Counted from the stretch's first letter, positions 17,332 through 27,184 are shown. The stretch: DNA of 33,876 bases from Nitrospiria bacterium (GCA_041491185.1 JBGPUQ010000001.1:1-33876); one strand, 5' to 3'. Numbers and translations are program-made. The notes: generated by a model from the sequence alone, not told the origin.

Positions 17332-17878
17332 AGGCCGGATCCGTGTGGCCAACCGGCAGCGGCGCGTCCGCATTGCCACTCGCCCGTACCATGAGCTCCT
17401 CGATCGGCTGGTGACATCGACCGGTCGCTCACCGGCGGAGGTCGGCCTGACATTTGTCAGCGATCGGCGGATGCACCGGCTCAATCGCGAATACCGAGGG
17501 ATCGACCGGTCGACCGATGTGCTCGCGTTTCCAGCGGCGAACGTATCCGCTTGCCACCGGCAGCGGCAAGCTCAAGTCAGGGAGAGATCCGCTTCCTCTC
17601 CCCCTGACAACCCCCATCGAAGTACTGGCCCCATCGATGTACGCAACGGCCCGTTGCTGGTCCTGGGCGATATTGTTATCTCGGCCGAGACGGCGAAGCG
17701 GCAAGCCCGAAGCTCGGGCCACACCGTCCGCGCCGAGTGCACGCGCCTGCTGATCCACGGCTATTTGCACCTGCTCGGCTACGATCATGAGCGTTCCCGG
17801 CCCCAAGCCCGACGGATGCGCCGCATGGAGCGGCAGTTGTACCCCCGGGTGACGCGACATCACCGCGCGCGAGCGTGA
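17321..17878 (+). CDS. ybeY: Endoribonuclease YbeY (rRNA maturation) with an enlarged internal loop
   Basis: STDVLAFP ... LGDIVIS ... HGYLHLLGYDHE (the H-x3-H-x5-H zinc motif). The start is uncertain (GTG 17321 overlapping the phoH stop, or GTG 17345). Confidence 0.85.
   Translation: MRGEGRIRVANRQRRVRIATRPYHELLDRLVTSTGRSPAEVGLTFVSDRRMHRLNREYRGIDRSTDVLAFPAANVSACHRQRQAQVRERSASSPPDNPHRSTGPIDVRNGPLLVLGDIVISAETAKRQARSSGHTVRAECTRLLIHGYLHLLGYDHERSRPQARRMRRMERQLYPRVTRHHRARA
17570..17618 (-). repeat. Palindromic element, family 2, copy inside ybeY (reverse orientation)
   Basis: The reverse complement is GATGGGGGTTGTCAGGGGGAGAGGAAGCGGATCTCTCCCTGACTTGAGC. Compare 7706-7752: GATGGGGGTGATCAGGGGGAGAGGAGCCATCTCCCCCTGATTAGAGC. 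Confidence 0.65.
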
Positions 17879-17909
17879 TGGTGCACCGTCTGTTCGAAAC
17901 GCCATTCCC

Positions 17910-18830
17910 GTGATGTTGTCCAACATTCTCCAGCGCCTGCAGAACAGCCGCGATCGCCTCGTCGGCGGTTTGAACCGACTCATGGGGCGGACGGACGACT
18001 CGCCGGTCGATCTGAAGGGGTTGGAGGCGCTGTTGTTGGAAAGCGATCTGGGCGTCGGGGTGGTCGATCCGTTGATGACCCGGTTGCGAACGGCGATGGC
18101 GCAATGGCCGGTCGGAGCGGAGGCCCGTCGGGACGCGGCGAGAGCGTTCCTCCGATCGGCGTTACTCGAATGGCTGACTCCCTGTCAGGTGCCCCTGCCG
18201 GTGGATGACGCCAAACCGTTCGTGATCATGATGGTCGGCGTCAACGGGTCGGGGAAGACCACGACGACCGCGAAACTGGCGGAACGCTTCCATCGATCCG
18301 GGCGCCGTGTGGTGTTGGGGGCGGCCGATACGTTCCGCGCCGCGGCGATCGAACAGTTGCAGGTGTGGGGCGACCGGATCGGTGTGCCGGTGATCGCGCA
18401 ACCGCCGGGGGCCGATCCGGCGGCGGTGGCGTTCGACGCGGTGCGGGCCGGTCTCGCCCGCGGCGCCGACCTGGTCTGTCTTGATACGGCCGGCCGGCTG
18501 CATACCAAGTCGAACCTGATGGAGGAGCTCAAAAAAGTCAGACGGGTTGCCGGCAAGGCGTTGCCGGGCGCGCCGCATGAGGTGCTGTTGGTGCTCGATG
18601 CCACCATCGGACAGAACGGGTTGGCCCAGGCCCGGCAATTTCATGAGGCGGTGGGAGTGACCGGGATCGTCGTCACCAAACTGGACGGCACTGCCAGAGG
18701 CGGCATTCTGGTGGCCATCGCGCAGACGTTGAAGCTGCCGATCCGCTATATCGGCGTGGGTGAAACGGCGGAGGATCTGCTGGATTTCGATGCCGAGCAG
18801 TTTGTGGATGCGTTACTTGGGAACTCGTAA
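17910..18830 (+). CDS. ftsY: Signal recognition particle receptor FtsY (short form, NG domain only)
   Basis: G1 GVNGSGKTTT, DTAGRL, TKLDGTARGG. Start is GTG 17910 or ATG 17913. Confidence 0.92.
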   Translation: MMLSNILQRLQNSRDRLVGGLNRLMGRTDDSPVDLKGLEALLLESDLGVGVVDPLMTRLRTAMAQWPVGAEARRDAARAFLRSALLEWLTPCQVPLPVDDAKPFVIMMVGVNGSGKTTTTAKLAERFHRSGRRVVLGAADTFRAAAIEQLQVWGDRIGVPVIAQPPGADPAAVAFDAVRAGLARGADLVCLDTAGRLHTKSNLMEELKKVRRVAGKALPGAPHEVLLVLDATIGQNGLAQARQFHEAVGVTGIVVTKLDGTARGGILVAIAQTLKLPIRYIGVGETAEDLLDFDAEQFVDALLGNS

Positions 18831-18832
18831 AT

Positions 18833-18927
18833 TGTCGAATGACGAATGGCGAATTAAAAGACAAGCGGCGCGGTTGATGCGCACGCGTTGATCGCCCCGG
18901 AGTTCATTCGTCATTCGGCACTCGACA
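18833..18927. repeat. Inverted arrays of tandem heptamers (TGNCGAA x3 / TTCGNCA x3) around a 53-nt GC-rich core, between convergent genes
   Basis: Left array TGTCGAA TGACGAA TGGCGAA (18833-18853). Right array TTCGTCA TTCGGCA CTCGACA (18907-18927). This gives a 21-bp stem with 2 mismatches and 1 G-U pair. It lies between the ftsY stop (18830) and the GGDEF gene stop (18936). Confidence 0.7.
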
Positions 18928-18935
18928 TTGCCGCA

Positions 18936-20957
18936 TCATTCCCCATACGCCACCACCCGATTTTTCCCCCGGCCTTTGGCGGTGTAGAGGGCGGTGTCGG
19001 CGCGCCGGATCAGCTCTTCCGGAGTCTGGGCGTCTTCCGGGAAGGTCGCGAGTCCGATGCTGACCGTCAGCTGTTCGTATCCTTCCAGTAACTGGTGGCT
19101 GACCGTCAAGTCGGCGATTTCCCGGCAGACCCGTTCCGCAATCATGCGGCCTTCGGCCTTGCCGGTCTGCGGGAGGATGAGGGTGAACTCTTCGCCGCCG
19201 TAGCGGGCCGCCACATCGATGGACCGGATGGAGCCGTGCACGCAACGCGCGATGGCTTTGAGCGCCTCATCCCCGGCCTGGTGACCGTAGGTGTCGTTGA
19301 GCCGTTTGAAATCATCGAGATCCAGGATGGCCAGCGACATCGGCGAGCTGTGCCGCTTGGACCGTTCGATTTCCTCGATCAGCCGTTCATGAAAGTAGCG
19401 GCGGTTGAGGAAGCCGGTCAACACATCCGTGATCGAGATGCGCTTGAGTTCTTCCGTCTGGCGAAGATAATCGGAGCGCTCGATGGCCACCGACGCGTAG
19501 GTGACGATCGTGGAGAGCAAGGCCGCCTCTTCTTCGACGAAGGGTCTGCCCGACGATTTATCCGCCACATTGAGGACGCCGATGGAGCGTCCGTTGAGTT
19601 TGAGCGGGAGGCTGATGAACGATTTGGTTTTGTAGCGGGGGCGTTTTTCCCGCATGACCCGCTCGTCCCGCTCGAGATCGGCGACCACCAACGGGATGCC
19701 GGTGGCGAAGACCTTGCCGGAAATCCCCTCGCCGGGCCGGATCCGGAATTGCTCCACGATTTTCCGGCTGATGCCCGTGATCGATTTGATGATGAGGGCT
19801 TGCTGTTCTTCATCCATGACCATCAGCGAGCCCTGTTCCGCGCCGAGCAGGCGGGTTGCTTCCCGCACGATGATGTCGTACAGTTCGGCCGAGTCGAGCG
19901 CTTTCCCGACCCGCTCCACGACTTCGATCAGCGCGGTGGTGTCCTGCCGGCGCAGGTCGAGCGCATGGCGGAGTTGGTGATTCTCCAGCGTGAGGGAAAA
20001 ATGAGTGCAGAAACCGCCCAGCAGCGAGATCTCGTCCGGCGTGAGCGGGCTGTCGAAGATCGCCAGCACGGTCTGCGGCGGCGCGCCCTTCGACAGCGGA
20101 AACAGATGCACGGAGGTGATGGTCTCGGGCAAGCCGCTCTTCAACAATTCGAAGACGGCGTCGCAGTGCGACGGCCGCGGATCGTCCATGAACCGACGGA
20201 AGAGACCCTCGGTCAGGTTCGGCCGGAGATCGGCCAGGCTGTCCCGTTTTTCCCCGAACGATTCGACCGGCGTCAAACCGGGCTGCGAGGCGTCGAACGC
20301 CAACACCGCCGCCGTCCGGATGTTGAACAGCACGCCGAGGGCATTGAGGATCAGCGCATAGAGCTGGCGACGGGATTCTTCATCGCGGATCTCTTCAAAG
20401 AGCGACAGGAGCGTGAGCAGGCGGCTGAGCTTCGATTCGGAACGGTTGCGGAGACTGACGTTCTCAAAAAAGGCGGTGCCGATCTTCTCCATGAGCCGCG
20501 CGGTCTCGATCAACTTTCGCGGTTCCCCCAGCCGGCTCTGCCGCAATTCGGTCAGGAACGGGGTCAGGTCTCCTTCGAACCGGTCGGCCATTTCCCGCAA
20601 CCGGGCGATCTCATCAAAGGTCGTAAACCGCTTGCCGCCCAGCAGGACCAGCCGCTGGGTGGCGCTGTGAAAGACCGGGATCGCAAAGACGTGGAGGCCG
20701 GCGTAGCAGGTAAACGCGACCGGTTGGCGACTCTCCGCCGCGGCCGCCGCCTGTTTGCCGCAGTGGGCGTGGCAGGAGGCATTGTGACCGTACTGTTGTT
20801 GCAGCAGACCGCAGATCGGATGGTCGCGGCTCGGCTCGCAAGCCGGGGAGGAGAGGACGACCCGGCCGGTGACATTGTAGGTGACCAGGGAGAGATCGGA
20901 AACCAGGGCAATGCCCTCTTGAATCTCTCGCCAGTGAGCCCAGGTCTCACTGTCCAA
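18936..20957 (-). CDS. Diguanylate cyclase with PocR-like sensor, GAF and GGDEF domains
   Basis: N-terminal PocR-like pattern (WREIQEGIALVSDLSLVTYNVTGR...C...CHAHC...FTCYAGLHVFAIPV...LVLLGG). GAF region (LGAEQGSLMVMDEEQ...ISLPLKLNGRSIGVLNVADK). Active site RYGGEEF with I-site RSID five residues upstream. Annotated start is TTG. Confidence 0.88.
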   Translation of the reverse strand: MDSETWAHWREIQEGIALVSDLSLVTYNVTGRVVLSSPACEPSRDHPICGLLQQQYGHNASCHAHCGKQAAAAAESRQPVAFTCYAGLHVFAIPVFHSATQRLVLLGGKRFTTFDEIARLREMADRFEGDLTPFLTELRQSRLGEPRKLIETARLMEKIGTAFFENVSLRNRSESKLSRLLTLLSLFEEIRDEESRRQLYALILNALGVLFNIRTAAVLAFDASQPGLTPVESFGEKRDSLADLRPNLTEGLFRRFMDDPRPSHCDAVFELLKSGLPETITSVHLFPLSKGAPPQTVLAIFDSPLTPDEISLLGGFCTHFSLTLENHQLRHALDLRRQDTTALIEVVERVGKALDSAELYDIIVREATRLLGAEQGSLMVMDEEQQALIIKSITGISRKIVEQFRIRPGEGISGKVFATGIPLVVADLERDERVMREKRPRYKTKSFISLPLKLNGRSIGVLNVADKSSGRPFVEEEAALLSTIVTYASVAIERSDYLRQTEELKRISITDVLTGFLNRRYFHERLIEEIERSKRHSSPMSLAILDLDDFKRLNDTYGHQAGDEALKAIARCVHGSIRSIDVAARYGGEEFTLILPQTGKAEGRMIAERVCREIADLTVSHQLLEGYEQLTVSIGLATFPEDAQTPEELIRRADTALYTAKGRGKNRVVAYGE

Positions 20958-21244
20958 CGTTTCGCCCTCCCGGCAGCCGCCCGGTCATCCGCCGCCTGTC
21001 GTGGGAATCGAAGGTGATGGCCCTGTTCGATTCGAAGCACTCGTACCGAGAATCGGACGATGCGCTCATCTGCGATTCGAGGTCAAGCGGAGTGGTGGTC
21101 ACTATACCCATTGTTTTCCGTCGATGTCAAGGCCAAAACAGGTTGATAGAACTTCTTGAAATGGTGTAGGTTGTCGATCGATGTGTCGATCGTTTTCGGC
21201 CCCGCATTCGGGGGTGGCGTTTTTGGAGAGGGTGATGGGTCAAG

Positions 21245-23257
21245 ATGTCGATGAACGCGTTTGAGCTGGCATCGACCTTTGAGCCGAGGGGCGACCAGGG
21301 GGCGGCGATCGACCGCCTGACCGACGGACTCGACGCCGCGGAGCGTGACCAGGTCTTGTTGGGGGTGACCGGGTCGGGAAAAACGTTCACCCTGGCGAAC
21401 GTGATCGCCCGGGTCCGGAAGCCGACGTTGGTCATGGTCCACAACAAAACGCTGGCCGCGCAGCTCTATCATGAATTCCAGCGATTTTTTCCGACCAGCG
21501 CGGTCCATTATTTTGTCAGCTATTACGACTACTATCAGCCGGAGGCCTATCTTCCCCATACCGACACCTACATTGAAAAGGATACGTCGATCAACGACGC
21601 GATCGACCGCATGCGCCACGCGGCGACGACGGCGCTGTTTGAACGCCAGGATGTGATCATCGTCGCCTCGGTCTCCTGCATCTATGGATTGGGATCGCCG
21701 GAGTCCTACCACGGGATGCTGATCCGCCTCGAAGAGGGGATGACGATCAGCCGCAGCCTGCTCCTGGCGAGGTTGGTCGAGATCCAGTACCAGCGCAGCG
21801 ATGATCTGTTGTCCCGGGGCACCTTTCGCGCGCGCGGCGATGTGGTGGAAATCTTCCCCGCCTCGCAGGAGGAGCACGGGATCCGCGTCGAATTGTTCGG
21901 GGAGCGGATCGAGGCTATTTCGGAAATCGATCCGTTGCGGGGCGTGGTGGTGCGGCATCTGCCCAGGGCGGCGATCTATCCGGGAAGCCACTATGTGATT
22001 CCCCCGGAACGGATGGAGCTGGCCCGCCACGGCATCGAAACGGAGTTGGAGGCCCGCATCGCGGAGTTGACGGCGGCGGGAAAGTTGGTGGAGGCGCAGC
22101 GGATCGAACAGCGGACGCGATTCGATCTGGAAATGATCCGGGAGATCGGCTATTGCCAGGGCATCGAAAACTATTCGCGCCACTTGAGCGGCCGGCGCGC
22201 CGGTGAACCGCCGCCGACGTTGCTGGATTATTTTCCGAAAGACTTTCTGCTGCTGATCGATGAAAGCCATGCGACCATCCCGCAGATCGGCGGCATGGCG
22301 GCGGGCGACCGCGCCAGAAAACGCAACCTGATCGATTATGGATTCCGTCTGCCCTCGGCGTACGATAACCGGCCGCTGACCTTTGCCGAGTTTGAACGGG
22401 CCGTGAATCAGGTGATCTACGTCTCGGCGACGCCGGGTCCCTATGAACTCGACCGGGTGTCGGGGCGGGTCGTCGAGCAGATCGTCCGGCCGACGGGCCT
22501 GCTCGATCCCCGGGTGGAAATCCGGCCGGCCAAGGGACAGGTGGATGATCTGCTGGGTGAGATCCGGCAGCGGGCCGCTCGGGGCGAACGGGTCCTGGTG
22601 ACGACGCTGACCAAGCGCATGTCGGAGGATCTGACTGAGTATTATCACGAGCTGGGGGTTCGAGTGCGCTATCTCCACTCGGAAATTGAGACATTGGAAC
22701 GGACTGAAATCATCCGGGATCTTCGTCTCGGAAAGTTTGATGTGCTCGTGGGGATCAATCTCCTGCGGGAGGGACTCGATCTGCCGGAGGTCTCCCTGGT
22801 GGCGATCCTGGATGCCGACAAGGAAGGGTACCTCCGGTCGCGCACGTCATTGATCCAGACGGCCGGCCGGGCCGCCCGCCACCTCAACGGCACCGTGTTC
22901 ATGTACGCCGAGCGGGTGACCGGGTCGATGCAGAGCGCCTTGAGCGAAATGAACCGACGGCGGACGATTCAAGACGCCTACAACCGACAGCACGGCATTA
23001 CGCCCGCGTCCATCGTGAAAGAGATTCCGGTGCCGTTGCAGGCCCTCTATGAGGCGGACTATTCGACCGTGCCGATGGCGGCCGAACCGCCGGCCGATGT
23101 GGTGTCCCAGGAGGAGCTGCCCAAGCGGGTGCAGTCGCTGGAGAAGGCAATGCGGTCGGCGGCCAAACAACTCGATTTTGAAGAAGCGGCCCGGCTGCGC
23201 GATCGGATCAAGGCGATCACCGAACACGCACTTGAAGCGTACGGCGATGGGGATTAA
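21245..23257 (+). CDS. uvrB: Excinuclease ABC subunit B
   Basis: [21 protein letters not shown], and a C-terminal UVR domain ([13 protein letters not shown]). Confidence 0.95.
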   Translation: MSMNAFELASTFEPRGDQGAAIDRLTDGLDAAERDQVLLGVTGSGKTFTLANVIARVRKPTLVMVHNKTLAAQLYHEFQRFFPTSAVHYFVSYYDYYQPEAYLPHTDTYIEKDTSINDAIDRMRHAATTALFERQDVIIVASVSCIYGLGSPESYHGMLIRLEEGMTISRSLLLARLVEIQYQRSDDLLSRGTFRARGDVVEIFPASQEEHGIRVELFGERIEAISEIDPLRGVVVRHLPRAAIYPGSHYVIPPERMELARHGIETELEARIAELTAAGKLVEAQRIEQRTRFDLEMIREIGYCQGIENYSRHLSGRRAGEPPPTLLDYFPKDFLLLIDESHATIPQIGGMAAGDRARKRNLIDYGFRLPSAYDNRPLTFAEFERAVNQVIYVSATPGPYELDRVSGRVVEQIVRPTGLLDPRVEIRPAKGQVDDLLGEIRQRAARGERVLVTTLTKRMSEDLTEYYHELGVRVRYLHSEIETLERTEIIRDLRLGKFDVLVGINLLREGLDLPEVSLVAILDADKEGYLRSRTSLIQTAGRAARHLNGTVFMYAERVTGSMQSALSEMNRRRTIQDAYNRQHGITPASIVKEIPVPLQALYEADYSTVPMAAEPPADVVSQEELPKRVQSLEKAMRSAAKQLDFEEAARLRDRIKAITEHALEAYGDGD

Positions 23258-23264
23258 ATCCCAA

Positions 23265-23534
23265 TCACGCCTGCTTGTACAGGTAGATGGCGAGGATGAC
23301 GCCGAGAACGCTGAGCAGGTTGATCGAGAAGGTGAAGCCGAAGGTGATGGTGAAGAGCTGCAGGTCGAGCGTGAGGGGAGGGTGGAGCCCCGGTTGCAAC
23401 TCCTGGATGAAAAATTCGCTCATGGGGCCGCCGGTCGTCGCGGCCCGCAGGATGCGTGAGAGGACGGCGCCCACGAAGCCGCCGATCAGGATAAAGAACA
23501 GCAACATGCCCGGCCCTTTTCTCAATCCCGCCAT
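23265..23534 (-). CDS. Small membrane protein, DUF4321-like
   Basis: MAGLRKGPGMLLFFILIGGFVGAVLSRIL...LHPPLTLDLQLFTITFGFTFSINLLSVLGVILAIYLYKQA. The internal Met at 23534 was chosen as the start. The DUF4321 assignment is from memory of the LTLDL..l.ltfG....lNl....G motif. Confidence 0.6.
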   Translation of the reverse strand: MAGLRKGPGMLLFFILIGGFVGAVLSRILRAATTGGPMSEFFIQELQPGLHPPLTLDLQLFTITFGFTFSINLLSVLGVILAIYLYKQA

Positions 23535-23661
23535 GAATGCTCGTCCTGTTGGTTTCCTTGCATCGGGGCGTACAGTAATCCTTTCATTTGGTTTTGTCAA
23601 GATTTCTCGTGGATCGATCCTCGAATCGATCTGAATTTGTTCTGGAATTCGCAGGAATTCG

Positions 23662-23690
23662 TTGACAAGGCCGGGCCCTTCTGCTATAGT
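23662..23690 (+). promoter_or_regulatory. Near-consensus sigma-70 promoter upstream of hpnH
   Basis: TTGACA (23662-23667), 17-nt spacer, TATAGT (23685-23690). This predicts a ~150-nt leader. Confidence 0.55.
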
Positions 23691-23848
23691 AGCCACCTTG
23701 TCTGATCCGATGTGTCCCATATCGTTTGGTTCCGAGCCGTGCTTGTCCCGATCAACGCGGTATCATCAGGGAAAGAGGGGGCTCCCCTTCAGGCAGGGGC
23801 GCACGGTCGAAGGCCGGGTTCTGACCGGCAGAAGAAAGGATAGATGAG

Positions 23849-24847
23849 ATGCGGTTTCCCATCCAATTGCTGTTCTCGGTGACGAAGCACATGATCAAAA
23901 GTAAGCTCAAAGGCCGCAAACGATTTCCGCTCGTGCTGATGTTGGAGCCGCTGCATACCTGCAACCTGGCGTGCGACGGCTGCGGTCGGATCAGAGAATA
24001 TAAAGAGACGATTCGCGACCAGATGTCGCTTGAGGATTGTTTCAAGGCAATCGACAGCTGTGATGCGCCGATCGTCTCCGTGTGCGGAGGAGAACCGCTC
24101 ATCTATCCGCATATCGTCGAGCTCGTCAACGGGATCGTTGAGCGGAAGCGCCATCTCTACCTGTGCACGAACGCCATCGGGCTGGAGAAGTTTCTCCCCC
24201 GATTTCCCAAAAGCCCCTACTTCACGATTAATGTGTCAATGGATGGTCTGGAACAGACGCATGACATGACGCGGGGTCGAAAAGGCCTCTATAAAATCGA
24301 TATGGCGTCGATCAAAGCGGCGAAGGCGCAGGGTTTTCGCGTCGTGACGAATACGACGGTCTATAAAGAGACCCAGATGGATGAAATCGAAGGGCTGTGC
24401 GAAGAATTAAAAGCGGCCGGCACGGATGGCATGCTGATTGCTCCAGGCTATGCCTACCAGGCCATTCAGGATGATATCTTCCTGGACCGCCAGGGTATCT
24501 ATGAGAAGTTTCGCCGGCTCTCCGGCTGGTCGAAGCGTTTCCGGTTCATGAATACCCCCCTGTATCTTGAATTTTTGCGGGGTGAGCGCCATTTTGATTG
24601 CACCCCCTGGGGCAATCCCACGGTCAATCCCAAAGGCTGGAAAGGCCCGTGCTATCTGATTACCGATACCCACTATCAAAGTTATGATGAGCTGATGGCG
24701 AAGACCGATTGGGAAAAATACGAACGGCGGGACGATCCCCGTTGCGCCAACTGCATGATGCATTGCAGCGTGGAGCCGACGGTCATGCGGGAATCGGGCA
24801 AGCGCGTCCGCGATGTGGTGACCATGCTCAGGTGGAATCTGTCCTGA
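23849..24847 (+). CDS. hpnH: Radical SAM adenosylhopane synthase HpnH
   Basis: N-terminus MRFPIQLLFSVTKHMIKSKLKGRKRFPLVLMLEPLHTCNLACDGCGRIREY with the CxxxCxxC cluster. Adjacent to shc and hpnG. Confidence 0.85.
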   Translation: MRFPIQLLFSVTKHMIKSKLKGRKRFPLVLMLEPLHTCNLACDGCGRIREYKETIRDQMSLEDCFKAIDSCDAPIVSVCGGEPLIYPHIVELVNGIVERKRHLYLCTNAIGLEKFLPRFPKSPYFTINVSMDGLEQTHDMTRGRKGLYKIDMASIKAAKAQGFRVVTNTTVYKETQMDEIEGLCEELKAAGTDGMLIAPGYAYQAIQDDIFLDRQGIYEKFRRLSGWSKRFRFMNTPLYLEFLRGERHFDCTPWGNPTVNPKGWKGPCYLITDTHYQSYDELMAKTDWEKYERRDDPRCANCMMHCSVEPTVMRESGKRVRDVVTMLRWNLS

Positions 24848-25063
24848 GAGGGATCGGGCATGTTGCAGAGTTCCTGTGAGCAGACAGCGTCATCGCGATC
24901 CTGGCCGGCCATCCGGCAGATGCGCACCCTGCTGTCGAGGTGGTCGTCGCGATTTCTGAGATTGCCGGACCGCCACGGTCGCAATGGATCGCACGGTCGT
25001 CCGCGCGCGGCGCTCGCACTGAAGGTGCCCCCTCAAGTCCACCCTCGCGGTGAATTCCCCGCG

Positions 25064-27118
25064 ATGTTCTCCGAGGCAGCGTCCATGGGCCCGTTGGCGG
25101 CGACGCAGGGTCGGATCGACGCCGATTCATCGTCGATCCCCCAATCCGCGCCGCTCGATGACGCCATCGGGCAGGCCGCCGCGTACCTGTTGACGGTCCA
25201 AAATCCGGCGGGCGGCTATTGGGCCGGTGAACTGGAGGCCGATTCCACGCTGACCTCCGAATACCTCATGCTCCGTCACTTCATCGGCCGGGTCGATCCG
25301 TTGCGGGAAAAGAAAGCGGTCCGCTATCTCATCGAATCGCAATTGCCCGACGGCGGATGGAATATTTTTCACGGCGGTCCGAGTGAATTGAGCGCGACGG
25401 TCAAGGCCTACTTTGCCTTGAAGCTGACCGGCGTCTCGCCGGACGAGCCGTTGATGATCAGGGCGCGCGAGAACATTCTGGCCAAAGGCGGCGCCGCGGA
25501 GGTGAACGTCTTCACCCGGATCGCCCTGGCGCTCTTCGGGCAGTACAGCTGGCAGGCCATTCCCGTGATGTTGCCCGAGTTCATCCTCGTGCCGCAGTGG
25601 TTTTACTTTAATCTGTATGCGGTCTCCTACTGGTCTCGGACGGTGATTGTCCCGTTGCTGATCATCTTTTCGCACCGGCCCCTCTGCCAGCTTCCGCCGT
25701 CGGCCTCGATCGACGAACTGTTCCTCCAGCCGAAGGAGACGACCCGGCTCAAGCGCGACCGGTGGTGGTTCACGTGGCGCAACCTGTTTCTGACGATCGA
25801 CACGGTCCTGCGCTGGTACGAGCGACACCATCTCCGCGGACTGCGTCGGCGGGCCATCGCCCGGGCGTCCACCTGGATGTTCGAGCACATGAAGGGCTCC
25901 GGCGGGACGGGCGCCATCTATCCGGCCATGGCGAACTCGGTGATCGCCGCGACCCTCGTGCGTCGGTCGGTGGACGATCCGGTCGTGAAAAAAGCCCTCG
26001 GGGAAATTGAAGCGCTGGAGATCAGCGATGAACAGCGGCTGCACCTGCAACCGTGCCACTCGCCCATCTGGGATACGTGCCTGACGATTAATGTGCTGGT
26101 GGAGGCCGGGTTCGATCGCGATCATCCGGCCCTGGTCAAGGCGGCCAGATGGCTCCTGAGCAAGCAGATCCGCCGCAGCGGCGATTGGCAGGTCCGGCGT
26201 CCCGGCGTCGTGCCCGGCGGCTGGTACTTTCAATTCGAGAATGAGCTGTATCCGGATAATGATGACACCGCGGTCGTGTTGATGGCGCTCGGCAAGGTGA
26301 TTCTGCCCGACGAGGAGCGGAAGCGGCGGGAGATGTTCCGGGGGTTTAATTGGATGCTCGCGATGCAATGTCGGGACGGCGGCTGGGGATCGTTCGATGT
26401 GGACAATAATAAACTGATCCTCAATCATATTCCGTTTGCGGATCATGGGGCGCTGTTGGATCCGAGCACGGCGGACCTGACGGGGCGGGCGCTCGAGGCG
26501 ATGGGCGTGCTCGGATTTGATGCGACCTATCCGCCGGCGGCGCGTGGAATCGCCTTTCTGAAGGCCGCCCAGGAGCAGAACGGTTCGTGGTACGGCCGGT
26601 GGGGCGTGAATTATATTTACGGCACCTGGTCGGTTCTGGCGGGGCTTCGCATGATCCATGAGGAGATGGCTCAGCCCTACGTGCGGCGGGCCGTCGACTG
26701 GCTGGTGTCGGTGCAAAACCCCGACGGGGGCTGGGGCGAGACGTGTCAATCCTACGTTGATCCTGGTCTTGCCGGCGTCGGTCCCAGTACCGCGTCTCAA
26801 ACGGCGTGGGCGGTGATGGGATTGCTGCACGCCGGAGAGATCCATCACCCCTCGGTCCGGTCCGGCATCCACTATCTGCTGACACAACAACAGCCGGATG
26901 GGGGATGGGAGGAGCGGGAGTTCACGGGGACCGGATTCCCCCGGGTGTTCTATCTCCGGTATCATATGTATTGCAAGTATTTCCCGTTGTGGGCCCTGTC
27001 GCTCTATCGCAATCTGACGAGCGATGGTCGGATGGTGACGACCGCCATCCGTGATCAACACCACCGGTCCGGTCTCTACCGGTTCGGAACGATGCTCTCC
27101 GCAACGTCGCGTCGTTAA
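25064..27118 (+). CDS. shc: Squalene-hopene cyclase
   Basis: DxDDTA catalytic motif (YPDNDDTAVVLMAL). Repeated QW motifs (QNPDGGWGE, QQPDGGWEE, QEQNGSWYGRWG). GTGFP near the C-terminus. Internal Met 25064 was chosen as the start; 24860-25063 is probably non-coding. Confidence 0.93.
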   Translation: MFSEAASMGPLAATQGRIDADSSSIPQSAPLDDAIGQAAAYLLTVQNPAGGYWAGELEADSTLTSEYLMLRHFIGRVDPLREKKAVRYLIESQLPDGGWNIFHGGPSELSATVKAYFALKLTGVSPDEPLMIRARENILAKGGAAEVNVFTRIALALFGQYSWQAIPVMLPEFILVPQWFYFNLYAVSYWSRTVIVPLLIIFSHRPLCQLPPSASIDELFLQPKETTRLKRDRWWFTWRNLFLTIDTVLRWYERHHLRGLRRRAIARASTWMFEHMKGSGGTGAIYPAMANSVIAATLVRRSVDDPVVKKALGEIEALEISDEQRLHLQPCHSPIWDTCLTINVLVEAGFDRDHPALVKAARWLLSKQIRRSGDWQVRRPGVVPGGWYFQFENELYPDNDDTAVVLMALGKVILPDEERKRREMFRGFNWMLAMQCRDGGWGSFDVDNNKLILNHIPFADHGALLDPSTADLTGRALEAMGVLGFDATYPPAARGIAFLKAAQEQNGSWYGRWGVNYIYGTWSVLAGLRMIHEEMAQPYVRRAVDWLVSVQNPDGGWGETCQSYVDPGLAGVGPSTASQTAWAVMGLLHAGEIHHPSVRSGIHYLLTQQQPDGGWEEREFTGTGFPRVFYLRYHMYCKYFPLWALSLYRNLTSDGRMVTTAIRDQHHRSGLYRFGTMLSATSRR

Positions 27119-27184
27119 ACCGTTGAAACCTCCCTGTCGTTTGCTCCGAACCCGATTTCCGGTGTAGGTCGACGCGTCAGCCGT

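Noticed and set aside
17311-17335. GGGTCAA GGGTGAG AGGTGAA heptamer-like run at the phoH/ybeY junction, and GGTCAAGG at 9217-9224.
   Set aside because: Both lie inside coding sequence specifying plausible C-terminal residues, so the similarity to the 7652-7686 array may be coincidental. Mentioned only as a frequency observation.
19095-21017. 640-aa ORF on the plus strand.
   Set aside because: Antisense to the PocR-GAF-GGDEF gene, which has clear domain motifs. Shadow ORF.
21006-21082. Scattered GAATCG / CGATTC words upstream of the GGDEF gene.
   Set aside because: The repeats are short (6 nt) and irregularly spaced, so they could arise by chance. No clear dyad or array structure.
21083-22678. 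531-aa ORF on the minus strand.
   Set aside because: Antisense to uvrB. Shadow ORF.
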